Positions 50,986 to 62,601 of a stretch of 64,000 bases of DNA are shown piece after piece (within the stretch, counting starts at the first letter, position 1; every line of letters starts with the position of its first letter). The notes beneath the pieces were generated by a model. That model searched no databases and had not been told where the DNA came from. It worked only from the letters and a program-made list of their open reading frames with translations. The position numbers and the translations under genes were made by a program. Source of the stretch: Botryllus schlosseri (Eukaryota); contig CM119372.1 in assembly GCA_051294905.1 (NCBI GenBank), positions 930,001-994,000 on the forward strand, written 5' to 3'.

Positions 50986-53900
50986 TTTCTTCGTCAACCG
51001 GATTAAAACAGAATGAGTATGCAAAAAAAAATACTCAAAACAAAAACAAACACATATACATTAATAATAGCGTGTAACTGGCTTTATAACGGTATAAACG
51101 GGTGCCGGCGATATGATCCTTACGATCTTCATGTCAAGCCGAAACCTATAGGTGATTAGAAACAAGTATACAGATACATACACTCATGCTTACTAGTTGT
51201 GGTGGTTTGTAAAAAAACGAAAGATGAAAAACACCAGTCGCGTCATCTTGCGGATTCCATTGACAGCTTTGCTATCACGCGAGGTAAGTCAAGTGGGACG
51301 GTATCATAGACGTTGATAAACCACGAGCACAGACTCATTTTGATCCATTGAAAGGATTTGGATTCGAAATTTGGTGGCTGAAGGTGCCTTATGCTTGATT
51401 TATATCTTAATCTAGGGTTGAAATCGGCTAAACACATGTTTTTCGTGTACAGCAGTCGCCCTCAACAATTTTGACCTCGCGACACCCTCTGAGAGTGAAA
51501 AATATATAGTTCGTGCCATAAATTTGTGTCTCATAATAAGGCGAATTCAAAGAAGATATAAAAAGAGCGAAGAAGCCTAAAACAAGAAAGATCAAGATTC
51601 AACACCGTTACGACGGACATAAGGCTGAGCAGGTGCCAGATTGAGAGACCGTACCTGGTCGTTTCGATATTCTCCTATGTTCATCACATTGCATTGAATA
51701 TTGTATATCTTGAACGGGTAATAACAATAGAACCGCTGACTATGCCCTACTTAGTATTTGGTGACCTCAAATGTTGGTGTACGTGGACCTTGTTTACAAC
51801 ACTCTCTCGTGGCACCCCGGAGCAATCCAATTGGCACACTAGTGTGCATCGGCACATCCGTTGATAACTACTGATTTACAGTGTGGCGAGGATTCTCTTG
51901 GCATATGCTTTGACAGGCATTTCGATGCGGGTAACAAATACTAGACCAAGATTACCGGAGTTGATAATTTTGATCGTCGCAGTTAATCTTCCTTCTGTCA
52001 TTTGATTTGGGCGTGGCGGTTGCCTGGCGAAGAAAATTTCGGTTACGTGGATAAATAACACGAGAATTAGACTTTGAGTTAAGTATTCGGGTATCACTAA
52101 GACATCATAACAGTATGCTGTTGTTGTTTGCGGTATGCATGGTGTTTGTCGACTACAATAGTCATTTACACCAGGTCGATATTACTTATTTTTGATTACA
52201 AAACTGTCGACTGCCCGCGTTTGGACTTTTGTAAGACACCGCTTACGCGGATGAGATTGCGAGGAGGAGCCCAGATAAACCTACAACACTTGGGTAGGAA
52301 TTCTGGAGTCAACTTCGGTCGGACTCGAACCCACAACCCATTGGTGTTGCAGCCAGTGAACTGCGCTATCCCGCCACTCATAACAGTATGAAAGCAGGAC
52401 AAAGTTCAAATATGTACCTTTAAGGTGACCACAAAGAATATATTGTCGGTTCGACATCACATTTAAGATTTTTCCGACCATGCTTAGTTCATTGCACTTT
52501 GTGAGTCACAAATTGTGGCAATGGTGTGAGTTGATCACGAGTTCGCAGATATGTCGTTTTCACTAACGTGTGTAGCCTGTAGCGTTGTACTACATGTTTC
52601 GTAAGATGCCATACGACCAAGTGAGGTTTCAAGGCTTCCACATAGGTAAATCCTACCGAGACTCTACTTCTCGTTGATAAATTAACTCTTAATGGCAAAG
52701 ATCGTATCATTTCAGTACTTGAAACAAATCCCCTTTTAGTACTCGACTTGTATCAATAGAATTAACACTCGATTTAGATTTGAGTACTCAAAGTCGGTCT
52801 ACTATTCCACTTTTTGAAAGTAATGAAGTAGGTTTTGCCTCCTAGTACTACTCACTCAAGTGATGATATTTTAAAACTATACTCACTCTTCAGTTCACTA
52901 CAGTCTTTGAGGCAAAACTACCCGATCCTACACTTAACTTACGTCCAATCCTACTTGACAGTTTCAGTTTTGTTAGGCAGATTATGCCCGAATACTTACA
53001 GCATTCCTAGAATATTTACTTTGTTACTTACTTGTAAATATCTACTTCTACTTCTGCTATAGTAAAAATTGACTCCTACTTCTCCTTTAGTACCGACAGC
53101 TGCTACTTTGACAACCCCTGAGTACCAACCAACAGTTATGCATTTCCATGCATGAGAATGAATAAAACCCACAAGGGGGATATGTCACAGGGGTGTATAG
53201 TGGGTACTGACTACGTGTTTGTCTTCAATACGTCACCTCCGTGTTCATAAGAACTTTTCGATGCTCCCTCTTTTTACACAAGCAGCACATCTTCACATTG
53301 TACAACATTTCGGTGGCCTGCACAAAAAAAAACGAACAGTGACGAGACGGGGAAAAGCTATTTTCAATTAAAATTTTCACAATTTCAATCGGATGCCTCG
53401 TGTTATTAACAAAATTTGGGAAATCCTGACCTTGTTTCGAAGATCTTCCCGCATGAACGCGTAAAGAATCGGATTTATACAGCTGTGTGAAAACGCGAGG
53501 GTGGTCGTGAACATATGAACGTAGTAATGTGACCTGTCCGATGCTGTTTTGCCTGGTGACAGCGCAATGAAATTCAGATAAGTTCAGCACGGTAAGAAGT
53601 AGCCTACACAAAAGAGTGGGCAGCTGTATTCACAGTAGGTTTACTCTACTCAAAATATTCAGCGTTGCGGCTCAAGTAAAAGTAGTGCTAGGAATACTCT
53701 ACTCTATTACAAACAGAAGTAACAATTTCCAAGGCAAGTCCAAACTACTCCGAATGGAAGGAGAAGATGACAGGTATGAAAAGAAGGGTTGTAATGACTA
53801 GACGCAATTTTTCGTTGACTCGAATTGACTTGACTCGAGTCGAATTAATTACCATTTATACGTAGATTACTCGAGTCAAGTCCAGTCAACGAAAAATCGC

Positions 53901-56900
53901 AACTCGAGTCATTGCAACCCTGCCTTTGAATACAGCATCATGATCCACTGATTCTAGCCGATGAATCACTACTTACTCAGACTGTGTATGACATAAAATA
54001 GGTTTGAAACTTGATTTGGAAGCCAGCACAAAAGGAACACAGCGATCACCACCAGCACCATTTTCGTGGCTCGGTCCTAAAATTAAATAATTAAGCTGCA
54101 AGGCATATACATCAACTAAATGTCGGCCATACTTGACGCTTTCCAGTCAACTTGCCGGTCGTTCCTCTGGATTGGAGAAAAATAATGATTGCTGAGTAAC
54201 AAATGAGAATAATGAGAAGTGGAATTGCGAACCCGACAACAGCCCTGAAAAGACAAATCAAAAATATAATGCGGATAACACGATGCTTCATAAATATCAG
54301 TGAAATTTTCGACCAAACGTGGAGTAATCGCAGTCATACATTTCTGATCCATAGTCAAGTGGTTAAAGTTGTCTTCGTTGGGACTCAAGTACGAGTAAAA
54401 GTACCAGTGCGAGGACATTTTATGAACTCTCAAGGTTAAATGCAATAGTTTGTAATAAATACATATTTATACATGATCGAACCTAATACAGCCAAATACT
54501 CCAAAGAAATGTATAATCGTACTATACATGATCAAGTTCAACATTACCAAGTACTATACACAGAAATACATAATTCTACGCCGTCGAACAAAAATTATGA
54601 GAGGTAAAGAATGTCACCTGGTCAGAGCGAATACGATGAGCCAGGTTTGGTGTGATTCCTGTTCGTCATCAAATGTCCAAGCACATTTAGGCAATCCGCC
54701 TGAAATCGAGGAGAAAAGTTTGGATTACCGGAATTCCGCTCTAACGAGTCTTGTAATATCGAGTTGTCCAAGTTTGCATATAATGTAATACCGCTCTCCC
54801 CCAACAAAGCTGCCAGTAGACTTAATTCTTCGAGCACAATTTGTATCGCATACCAACCTGGTGAAGTGTCAACCGTTCCTCGAAAGTAGGTGGGCACCGC
54901 CCCAAGAATACCCGAAAAGATCCAAATGGAAACAACGGCTATTCTGGCGCGGAACCGGCTCCTGGATAGAAATATACACTGACAGATATATTTTCAAAGT
55001 AGCCAACGTTGGTAATCAAGTAAAAGTGCTGCCGTAAATTTTCACTTTCACAGAGATTTTTAAGCCTTACCAAAACTTCAAAACGAAAGGTCTGAAAAAC
55101 ACTCAATTAGGTATAGTGACGAAGAGTAGATTTGGTGACTGCGTGGCATATTTTAGGTAGTCAGTCGCAGATGACTCTTAGCGAAAGGGCCGAAAAGGGT
55201 GGTACACGAAAACAGAACCTAACTCAGAATTATATCGCGGCCATAGATCCTGCATGCCTACACGCATGCATAATTTTGATTAAAATGTTGTAGGCTACTT
55301 GACTCATACCGCGGTTTTAGTCTGAAGTAGGTTCAGGTTCCGTGTGCCATGGCTGTATAGTGTTTATTTACACCCTATATCAGGAGTGGTACACGGGTGG
55401 AAATACACACTCTTTTCGCTAAGATCGTACTTTTCTACTCTCTACTAGGCTACTCTCTGCATAATCCCGGCCAGTGTTTATTTACCTTTTTTATAGCGGG
55501 TCTCCTAAAATTCTGGAGGTGGTTGCTTGGGACCCTCAGCCCAGTAATTTAGCGAGCCTAAAAGATCACCCCTTCTATCAAGGTCTCTTATTGCAAAGTT
55601 ATGTGGTCTATACTTGTCGTCTACCTGATGACGAAAAAGGAGACAAAATAACGAAGGAAGTAAAAGATAAGGACACATGGTACAAACAATGATATAGTTT
55701 CAGCATTGACCAATCATACACCCCTAAGAGACACCAAGTCGTTTGTTTTACGGCAAACTTGTTGTTTTATTTAAAGGATAAGATTATTATCAATAATATA
55801 CTTAACTTAGAGATTTGGAACAACATCGCAACTCACCTTTGTATGGTAGTGTAAAAGACAACGGCGATCATACGATCTACCGCCATGGCGGTAAGGAAGA
55901 ACACACTTGCGTACATGTCGAAGTAGGTACACCCGCTGGCAATACGACACATCGCGCTCCCGAATGGCCATCTGCAGACAAGGTTCAAGTTGCGACAAGT
56001 GTGAACTACGGGTCTACTGATCGCACTTGTACGAACTGGATATTGACAATGCGCAACTAGAACTAGAACTAGAAATAACGACCTTAAAAAAATCCGCAAC
56101 TAACTAACTATAATAAACCTAACTAATAACTGATTATGCAAATTACTGAATTGCAAAGGAGCTAAGAAATATTGGAGAGAGAATCGGAATTTCAAAAAGA
56201 TCGGTTTCGAGTTTGAAATGGGAGAGTTCCGATCGTCCAAACCCACCCCTGTCTGCACCGCTGTTAGTAGTGATTACTCGGAGCTATAGCAATGGATACA
56301 AGAACATCACACACCAGAACAATAATTTGTACAAATCTGTCTTTCGACGTGACAACAATTAATAATCTTACCCTCCTAGGGCGTGGTCGACTGTCCACAT
56401 GGGCAGCATGCTCACGAAAATGAAGTCCGCTATCGCGAGGTTGAGAACGTAAATGTCGGTGATGCTTTTATCTTTCCCCTTTGAGAGATACATAGGAGAT
56501 TGTTATTATATTCTTTATTACAAGTAAAACTGGTAAATACACACATATATGGCGGACAGCAGCATGACCCGGAAGGCAAATGTTGAGATTGAAGTAAATG
56601 TCAGTAAAAAGTAAAACCTTTATTCCTTCGCAAAACATGAAATATTTAGATTGCAGAATTGAAATGAACAATTGTCAAGGGTTTAGACTTTAGAGGTAGA
56701 GATAATCCGTATTTACATTATCTTCTTTACTTACAGTAAACTTAGTAAATACACAAACGCAATGCTTGCCACGTCGTTATCCTGTATCGTCACGGGCTAT
56801 AATGCGGTTAGGATTGCATTACCAGATAATCTTCTTACTATAGGTAGAACGAATTAAATCAATTGGAAATGCATAGAATTAAATTTTGTTTTACATGGAG

Positions 56901-57436
56901 TTATTGGTATGATCTACCTTGGAGTGGTGCTAGCATTATCTAGCTGTGCAAGTACCACGTGACATTCTATAGTAGCGATGCCTCATGGATATTTATTTTG
57001 TGATAGTGAAAGCGAGCTTTTGACAGAACGATTCGGACTTGAGATTGATTTTCCAGCGAACCCGACCGTCTCCAATACCGACAGTTGAAGACATAATCAC
57101 AGAGGCACAGAACTTCAATATTCAATTTGATACTATCCGGCTGACTCACGCCATGGGCAATCGTCAGCAACTATGGATAATTAGAGAGAACCTTGCAACC
57201 TTATATATCAACAATCATATATCAATAAAAATCGGATACATCGCAAGGAAATGTTGACTCACCTTCGTATGCATGATGTATATCACAATCCCATTGCCAA
57301 TCAAACCCACGAAAACGACAATCGTGTATATGGAAGGTAGGATGATATATCGGAACTCTTTGAGAACTTCTTCAAACGTAGCATTAGTCGGCCCAGCAGA
57401 AGATGCCGTAACACTTTCTATTGTCGTGTTCCACAT
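50026..57436 (-). CDS. Class A (rhodopsin) peptide GPCR, RXFP3/4- and angiotensin/apelin-receptor-like, 395 aa, 11 coding exons
   Basis: Exons 57436-57263, 56478-56372, 55971-55837, 54961-54858, 54699-54618, 54244-54133, 54076-53977, 53552-53431, 53317-53237, 52023-51956 and 50128-50026 (1188 nt, phases consistent). Motifs: GLIGN (TM1), NLAIAD (TM2), WPFG..C, MYASVFFLTAMAVDRM (TM3), TM4 Trp, ECL2 Cys, FAIP..CY (TM5), CWLPNQ (TM6), SCINPILY (TM7). Confidence 0.9.
50955..50980. repeat. (AG)13 microsatellite, possibly the tail of a minus-strand retroelement
   Basis: Seen directly; on the minus strand AATAAA immediately precedes the (TC)n run. Confidence 0.9.
51956..52023 (-). CDS. GPCR exon 10
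   Basis: ttcttcgccAG acceptor, CG|GTAATC donor; phases bridge exons 9 and 11. Confidence 0.6.
52118..52377 (-). mobile_element. tRNA-derived SINE family 1, full length
   Basis: A box TAGCGCAGTT, B box GGTTCGAGTCC (52331-52321), (AAC)n tail, perfect 13-bp TSD TCATAACAGTATG at 52105-52117 and 52378-52390. Confidence 0.88.
53237..53317 (-). CDS. GPCR exon 9 (C-tail with Cys cluster)
   Basis: Strong polypyrimidine acceptor; ATEMLYNVKMCCLCKKREHRKVLMNTE (candidate palmitoylation Cys). Confidence 0.8.
53431..53552 (-). CDS. GPCR exon 8 (TM7, helix 8)
   Basis: HYYVHMFTTTLAFSHSCINPILYAFMREDLRNK; the acceptor position is less certain than the donor. Confidence 0.85.
53977..54076 (-). CDS. GPCR exon 7 (TM6)
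   Basis: DRATKMVLVVIAVFLLCWLPNQVSNLFY; preceded by a 56-nt intron. Confidence 0.9.
54133..54244 (-). CDS. GPCR exon 6 (TM5)
   Basis: AVVGFAIPLLIILICYSAIIIFL. Confidence 0.9.
54618..54699 (-). CDS. GPCR exon 5 (ECL2)
   Basis: tttcAG acceptor; GLPKCAWTFDDEQESHQTWLIVFALT containing the ECL2 Cys. Confidence 0.85.
54858..54961 (-). CDS. GPCR exon 4 (TM4)
   Basis: SRFRARIAVVSIWIFSGILGAVPTYFRGTVDTSP; CAG|GTTGGT donor. Confidence 0.85.
55837..55971 (-). CDS. GPCR exon 3 (TM3)
   Basis: WPFGSAMCRIASGCTYFDMYASVFFLTAMAVDRMIAVV. Confidence 0.92.
56372..56478 (-). CDS. GPCR exon 2 (TM2)
   Basis: GKDKSITDIYVLNLAIADFIFVSMLPMWTVDHALG; GTAAG donor. Confidence 0.9.
57263..57436 (-). CDS. GPCR exon 1 (N-terminus, TM1)
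   Basis: MWNTT...VFVGLIGNGIVIYIMHTK, donor GTGAGT; two N-glycosylation sequons (NTT, NAT). Confidence 0.9.
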
Positions 57437-58175
57437 TCTTCACCAAATTTGATAAACAGACGCAAAAATAGGGTTAGGGATGTCTTAAATTTTATGGGTG
57501 AGATGCATTATCGCTGCGCGAAATAATTCGTAGATTAAAAGCAGGGAGATAAATTAAAGAAAATGTCGAGAGAATTCAAGGATCATTATATATATATATA
57601 ATTAAATATTGAACATAGCAAGAAAGTAAACAGGTATTCAAATTTAATTGACGGAACACTCTGATATTTTCACTCCCATATCGCGCATTTGTAGTTTTCC
57701 CTCCACTGTCTCTCAAAATTGCCCCCTCCATGCGATATCGTCCACTTTGGGGGCCACTGGTCTAGATTCAGTTGGTTGAAACTGTCATTCTTTTTGCCCT
57801 GTGTCTTGTCTCCAAATTTATTGATCCAATTTGGAAAAAAAGAACGAGGCCATATATGGAATCAGTGCCATCCAAAAACCGGAAAACTTTATCTGCCAAA
57901 ATATGTTTTGACCAGTGTTATTGGTATTTGTCTACTAATGTTCGTGAATGACTGATTTCCAAATTATGTACATCTAAAGTTACGGGATATGTATATGTAT
58001 TGTTCGCAAATAGGTCGATAGGAGAACTGATGCAGTAAGAAACTATAAGACTCGTCAGTGATAACAACCAGAGCTCATAATTTATATCCTCTATCAATGG
58101 AGTGCCATGTAGCACTGATTCCGAAAATCGGAAAAGCAACAACGTCAGGACACCAGAATCTTTCAAGATCGTAAT

Positions 58176-58690
58176 TAGGGCTGGGCACAATGATTCGAGT
58201 ACTCGAATTTGAATCGAGCATTAATTCTAATGATTCGAGTCGAGTAGTAAAAGACTAATTTTTCGAGTACTGAAAATATACGCTTCTCGTAACTGAAAGT
58301 TAATTTGCTAATGAGAATTATTGAGTTGATACTATTTTCCACTTAGGAGGCCTTGAAACCTTGATTGGCCGTGTCTCAGCATACCAGACACAGTATAAAG
58401 CTACGAACGTTACTGGAAATTACACATTTCCGAAGTCATGATAATCTCACAACATTGTCAAGAAGTGCAATGAAATCGGTATGGTCAAAAAAATACTAAA
58501 GTATCTCTAATGTGACGGATAACAGTCATTATGTTCTTTGTGGTGGCATAAAAGGTACAAATTTGAACTTCGACATATTACATTCCGCTGTGACGTCATA
58601 ATGAGTGATACTCGATTACTCGACTCGACTCGAAGCATAATACGTGATTCAGAATCGAATCACTCAGGTACTCGATTTTACCCAGCCCTA
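58176..58690. mobile_element. TAGGGCTGGGCA-family hAT MITE upstream of the GPCR
   Basis: Near-identical to 40135-40635; GTAAT direct repeat at the flanks. Confidence 0.85.
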
Positions 58691-61209
58691 GTAATATGAC
58701 AATCGGTTATATGTTATTCATACCTCATTGAAGCGAAGTGATTAATATGCCTCGCCAATTATGTCGGAGTAACACATCCACCAATAGTAGCGTCGTATGA
58801 ATTGTGAAATTGCGACGATCAACGTTTAGTGCGGACCAAATACCTTCCCTGGCTTATGTAACTGATGTTGTTTTCCACACCTACCTTCAAGTAGTCCACT
58901 AAAGACGAAAATCGTGTTTCGCCAATTTTCCCCCTCGCGGGGGATGTCAATCAGGTAAACAGGACTGTCGGGTGCTATATCGTTATTTCACACTCCTTCA
59001 TTGCATGAAAATGAGTGAAATACACCAATACCTACGGATATATATCCCAGGGGTAAGTTCTGTTTTCATTAGTCACCCCGAGAAATTCCAAAGCGCTGGT
59101 AAGCGTAGAGAACCCAATACACCCTTGGGATATGTATCACATAAAGAGTGTCACTCATTTACACCCTTCCTACGTCCCTACGTGCAAGCATCATTGGGAT
59201 TAAATGTAGTGTTTGATTTATACCGTGGTATAAATCTGAGGTAGGTTCTGCGGTGTATATTCACACCCGTATATCACGGGTGGTACACGGGTGTGGATAC
59301 ACACTTTTTTCTCTCAGGCAGTATTTTCCAACCAAAGATTGTATAGTGCACCTTCTTACGAGGCCTGCTCGCAAATAGCACTAAAAAGTATTTAACTGAA
59401 TCAGCTACTCGTTCAGGCTTTCTATCTTTGAGAATGTGATTCTAAAAGGGAATCTGCATCCTCAATCACGAACCACACTTCACGTCACTGTTTATAACGA
59501 AAAGTCAATTCCCTGATAAGATGCGGACTTTTCATTATATCGCAATCTTGTGGTGTTTTGAACTGATGAAGATTTCAATAAAACGACTGACTGATTAAAT
59601 TATGCTTTTAATGCGGTCTATCACAGCAGTAGTATTATTATCCTTTTTATACGCCCCGCCCCTCAGGCTATTTAGAATGTAAACACTCTCATAATATAAT
59701 TTGCGTCGGACTATGCCCGGTTTATGATGTCATCACAGAGGAATTAGGCGATTGCAATGTTTTGTGAATTTCAATACCTATTTTCCATTTGTATTTAGCA
59801 ATATGTATTGAATACCTTTGCGATTTTGAGCGCTGCGACTCGATAATATCAATCCCTACGCTTCTGATGTATGATTTTTTGTGATAAGGACCTTGGTAAC
59901 ATTCAGAGTCTGCAACGATTGTTTGGATATACATTATAGCAATTCCCTCACTAAACTATAGGCGGTTATATTACTCTATTGGTCAGAGATAACTCATCCG
60001 TCCATATTTTTAAACTTGATTTTATGTATACAAGTTACGGTCTCTGCAGGCTCCACATTTTACGACTTATTTTCATTAGACGCAGGCAAGCGATTCTCAA
60101 GTTCAGAGCTACGGAAACAAATCACTCGCATGTGCACGTTTCGAAGTCGTAACAGCTTAGTAGCATATACGCGAATCCCAAGGCGAAAATAATCGAACTA
60201 ACAATAGCCGCAGGCGTGCGATTCGCAGGGCATTATTTATACAAACACTTTCGATACCTGTACGCGAACCCCAGCGTCATAACGATAAGGTCTAATTAGC
60301 GCGTTCTGAAACCGTAAATTTAGTCAACATCATTGAGATAGCCCTGATTTAAAGATGATGATCGAATGAGACGATAGCACTCACCAAGGTTATACTATCT
60401 TAACCTTAAACTACTCTCTACTTCACAAAATATAAAGTTATAAAAGTAAATAATCCAGTGATCTATTTTCAATCACTATATTTTTCATTAATCAAAACTA
60501 AGAACTGTTAGTAGACAAACCCTAGGACCGATGCAAGACGGCGTGAAACAGCGCTTTCGCTCGATTCTTGTAGTGACCACATTTCATACGATTCAGTCCT
60601 TTTCATGTCACTAGAATAAGGGTGATTAAACCGACAGTGAAACGCCGCCAGCGTCTTATAACGTAATAATGTAAGCTGCGTCGGGCGCTGCTATAATGTT
60701 AGGAGCGAATATAGTAGAAAGTACACGTCTGGACACCTGTATGCAGATGCGCATACTACCGTAGTAAAACGCATAACAGAATGCACGCAAAATTCGATAT
60801 TGCTTTGTGATGATTTTGATGTTGTTCCATACCGATTGGGAAGATAGGACTCCTAATTTCCTAACTAACTACATAATCCCTAGTAACATAGTCGGACGCA
60901 TAACGGAATTTACGCAAAATCGGTATTGCTCTGCGATAATTTTGACCACTATGTTTTGATAATAACTTGCTTCCGAGAAATAAATAACATTCATTATACG
61001 TTAGATGATACTTTTCCTTGATATTCTATTATGTGTATTTAGGGCTTATGCGACATCACCATGTTGGCGACAGGCCTGATTTGAACACACTAATTTCGCG
61101 AATTAAACTTATCGCTCAACACGGACACTCAATGAAGAGCGCCCCGGAGACCCACATAAATGCTCCACAATTCTTGACATATAATATACTGAGCATATAA
61201 TAAGATGAC

Positions 61210-62601
61210 AAAACCTATACTTGAGTACTCCGAAATGTACAAGTACTTTACCTTTTCACGACGTTTTTGTAAGATGAATACTAATTTTATTGAAAAATAA
61301 AAATTATGTTCTCAAGTAGGTTTTTGTCTACACGCACCAACAACTCAAGTAGTTATGACATGGGAATGATTCATTAAGTATAGCGCAAGCAGGCCAAACC
61401 TATAATTGAGTGCTCCAAAATGTACAAGTACTTCGCTATGTACTCCGTCCACGTAAAAAGTGACTAGGTTTTAGACTACTTTATCGATTTTAAATGTTGC
61501 ACAAATACCACAAACTTTGCCTGCTTTCAGAGCTGGCAACTAAATGCAAGACAGACTTTACGCAAAAGTCTCTATTCTGAAAACTTTATCAAGTTAATAG
61601 TTTAAAAACTTATACTTGAGCACTATGAAATGTACAAGTACTTTACCTTAACACGACGTTTTTTGTTAAATGAATACTAATTTTATTGAAAAAATAAAAA
61701 ATAAAAAAGAGCGAAAAATTACATGTTATCCCGGAACGCAACAAGAAAATTCGTATGAATTTGTAAACTAATTATTCATGACATAATATTAATTCTACTT
61801 GTATACTTTTTCATATTTTATAACAATTTTAGTAGTACTTAAATAAAATTCGGAATATAAACTAATCGAAAAATTCGGTAACCAATTTCGCATAGGCTTG
61901 CATACAAATGAGGAAAGTTACATCAACGCGTGTTAACTAATTGTATTATGTAGCTTGTAATTCATGCAAGTTTCGAAACTTCTACACTGAGTCTTTTAAA
62001 GTAGATAGAATCGAAAAATCTAATCGAAAATATTTACGAAGTTTGGATGCGACATATTTGGTTTTTTTTTTTAAATTATTCATATCCATGATTCGAAATA
62101 CTTTTGACTAACTTATGTTGTCGACATAAGATAAGCGTGAAGTGTACAAATTTCGATGTTGCGCAAATACCACAAACTTTGCTTGCTTTCAGAGCCGGCA
62201 ACTAAATGCAAGACAGACTTTACGCAAAAGTTGCTATTCTGAAAATTTTGTCAAGGTAATGGTTTGAAAACTTATACTTGAGCACTACGAAATGTACAAG
62301 TACTTTATCTTTACACGACGTTTTTTGTAAAATGAATACTAATTTTATTGAAAAAATAAAAAAGAGCGAAAAATTACATTTTATCCCGGAGCGCAACAAG
62401 AAAAATCGTATGAATTTGTAAACTGACATAATAATAATTCTACTTGTACACTTTTTCACATTTTATAACACTTTAAGTAGTACTTAACAGTTTCAGTTAT
62501 AAATAAAATACGGAATATAAACTAATCGAAAAATTCGGTAACCAATTTCGCGTAGGCTATGCATACAAATGAGGAAAGTTACATCAACGCGTGTTAACTA
62601 T
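61210..62601. repeat. Local tandem duplication / complex satellite-like block
   Basis: 61494-61940 recurs at 62156-62601 (offset ~662); shorter related units near 61210-61305 and 61398-61433. Confidence 0.8.

Noticed and set aside
52300..52377. tRNA-Cys gene
   Set aside because: The D-arm is truncated and it continues into a repeated body with a tail and TSD, so it is a SINE head.
53553..53605. Alternative acceptor tgtgtAG for the TM7 exon
   Set aside because: It introduces an in-frame TGA after six codons.
54622..54897. 91-aa ORF as one GPCR exon
   Set aside because: It reads through a 158-nt intron (54857-54700) and ends in a stop; splicing restores the ECL2 Cys and TM5.
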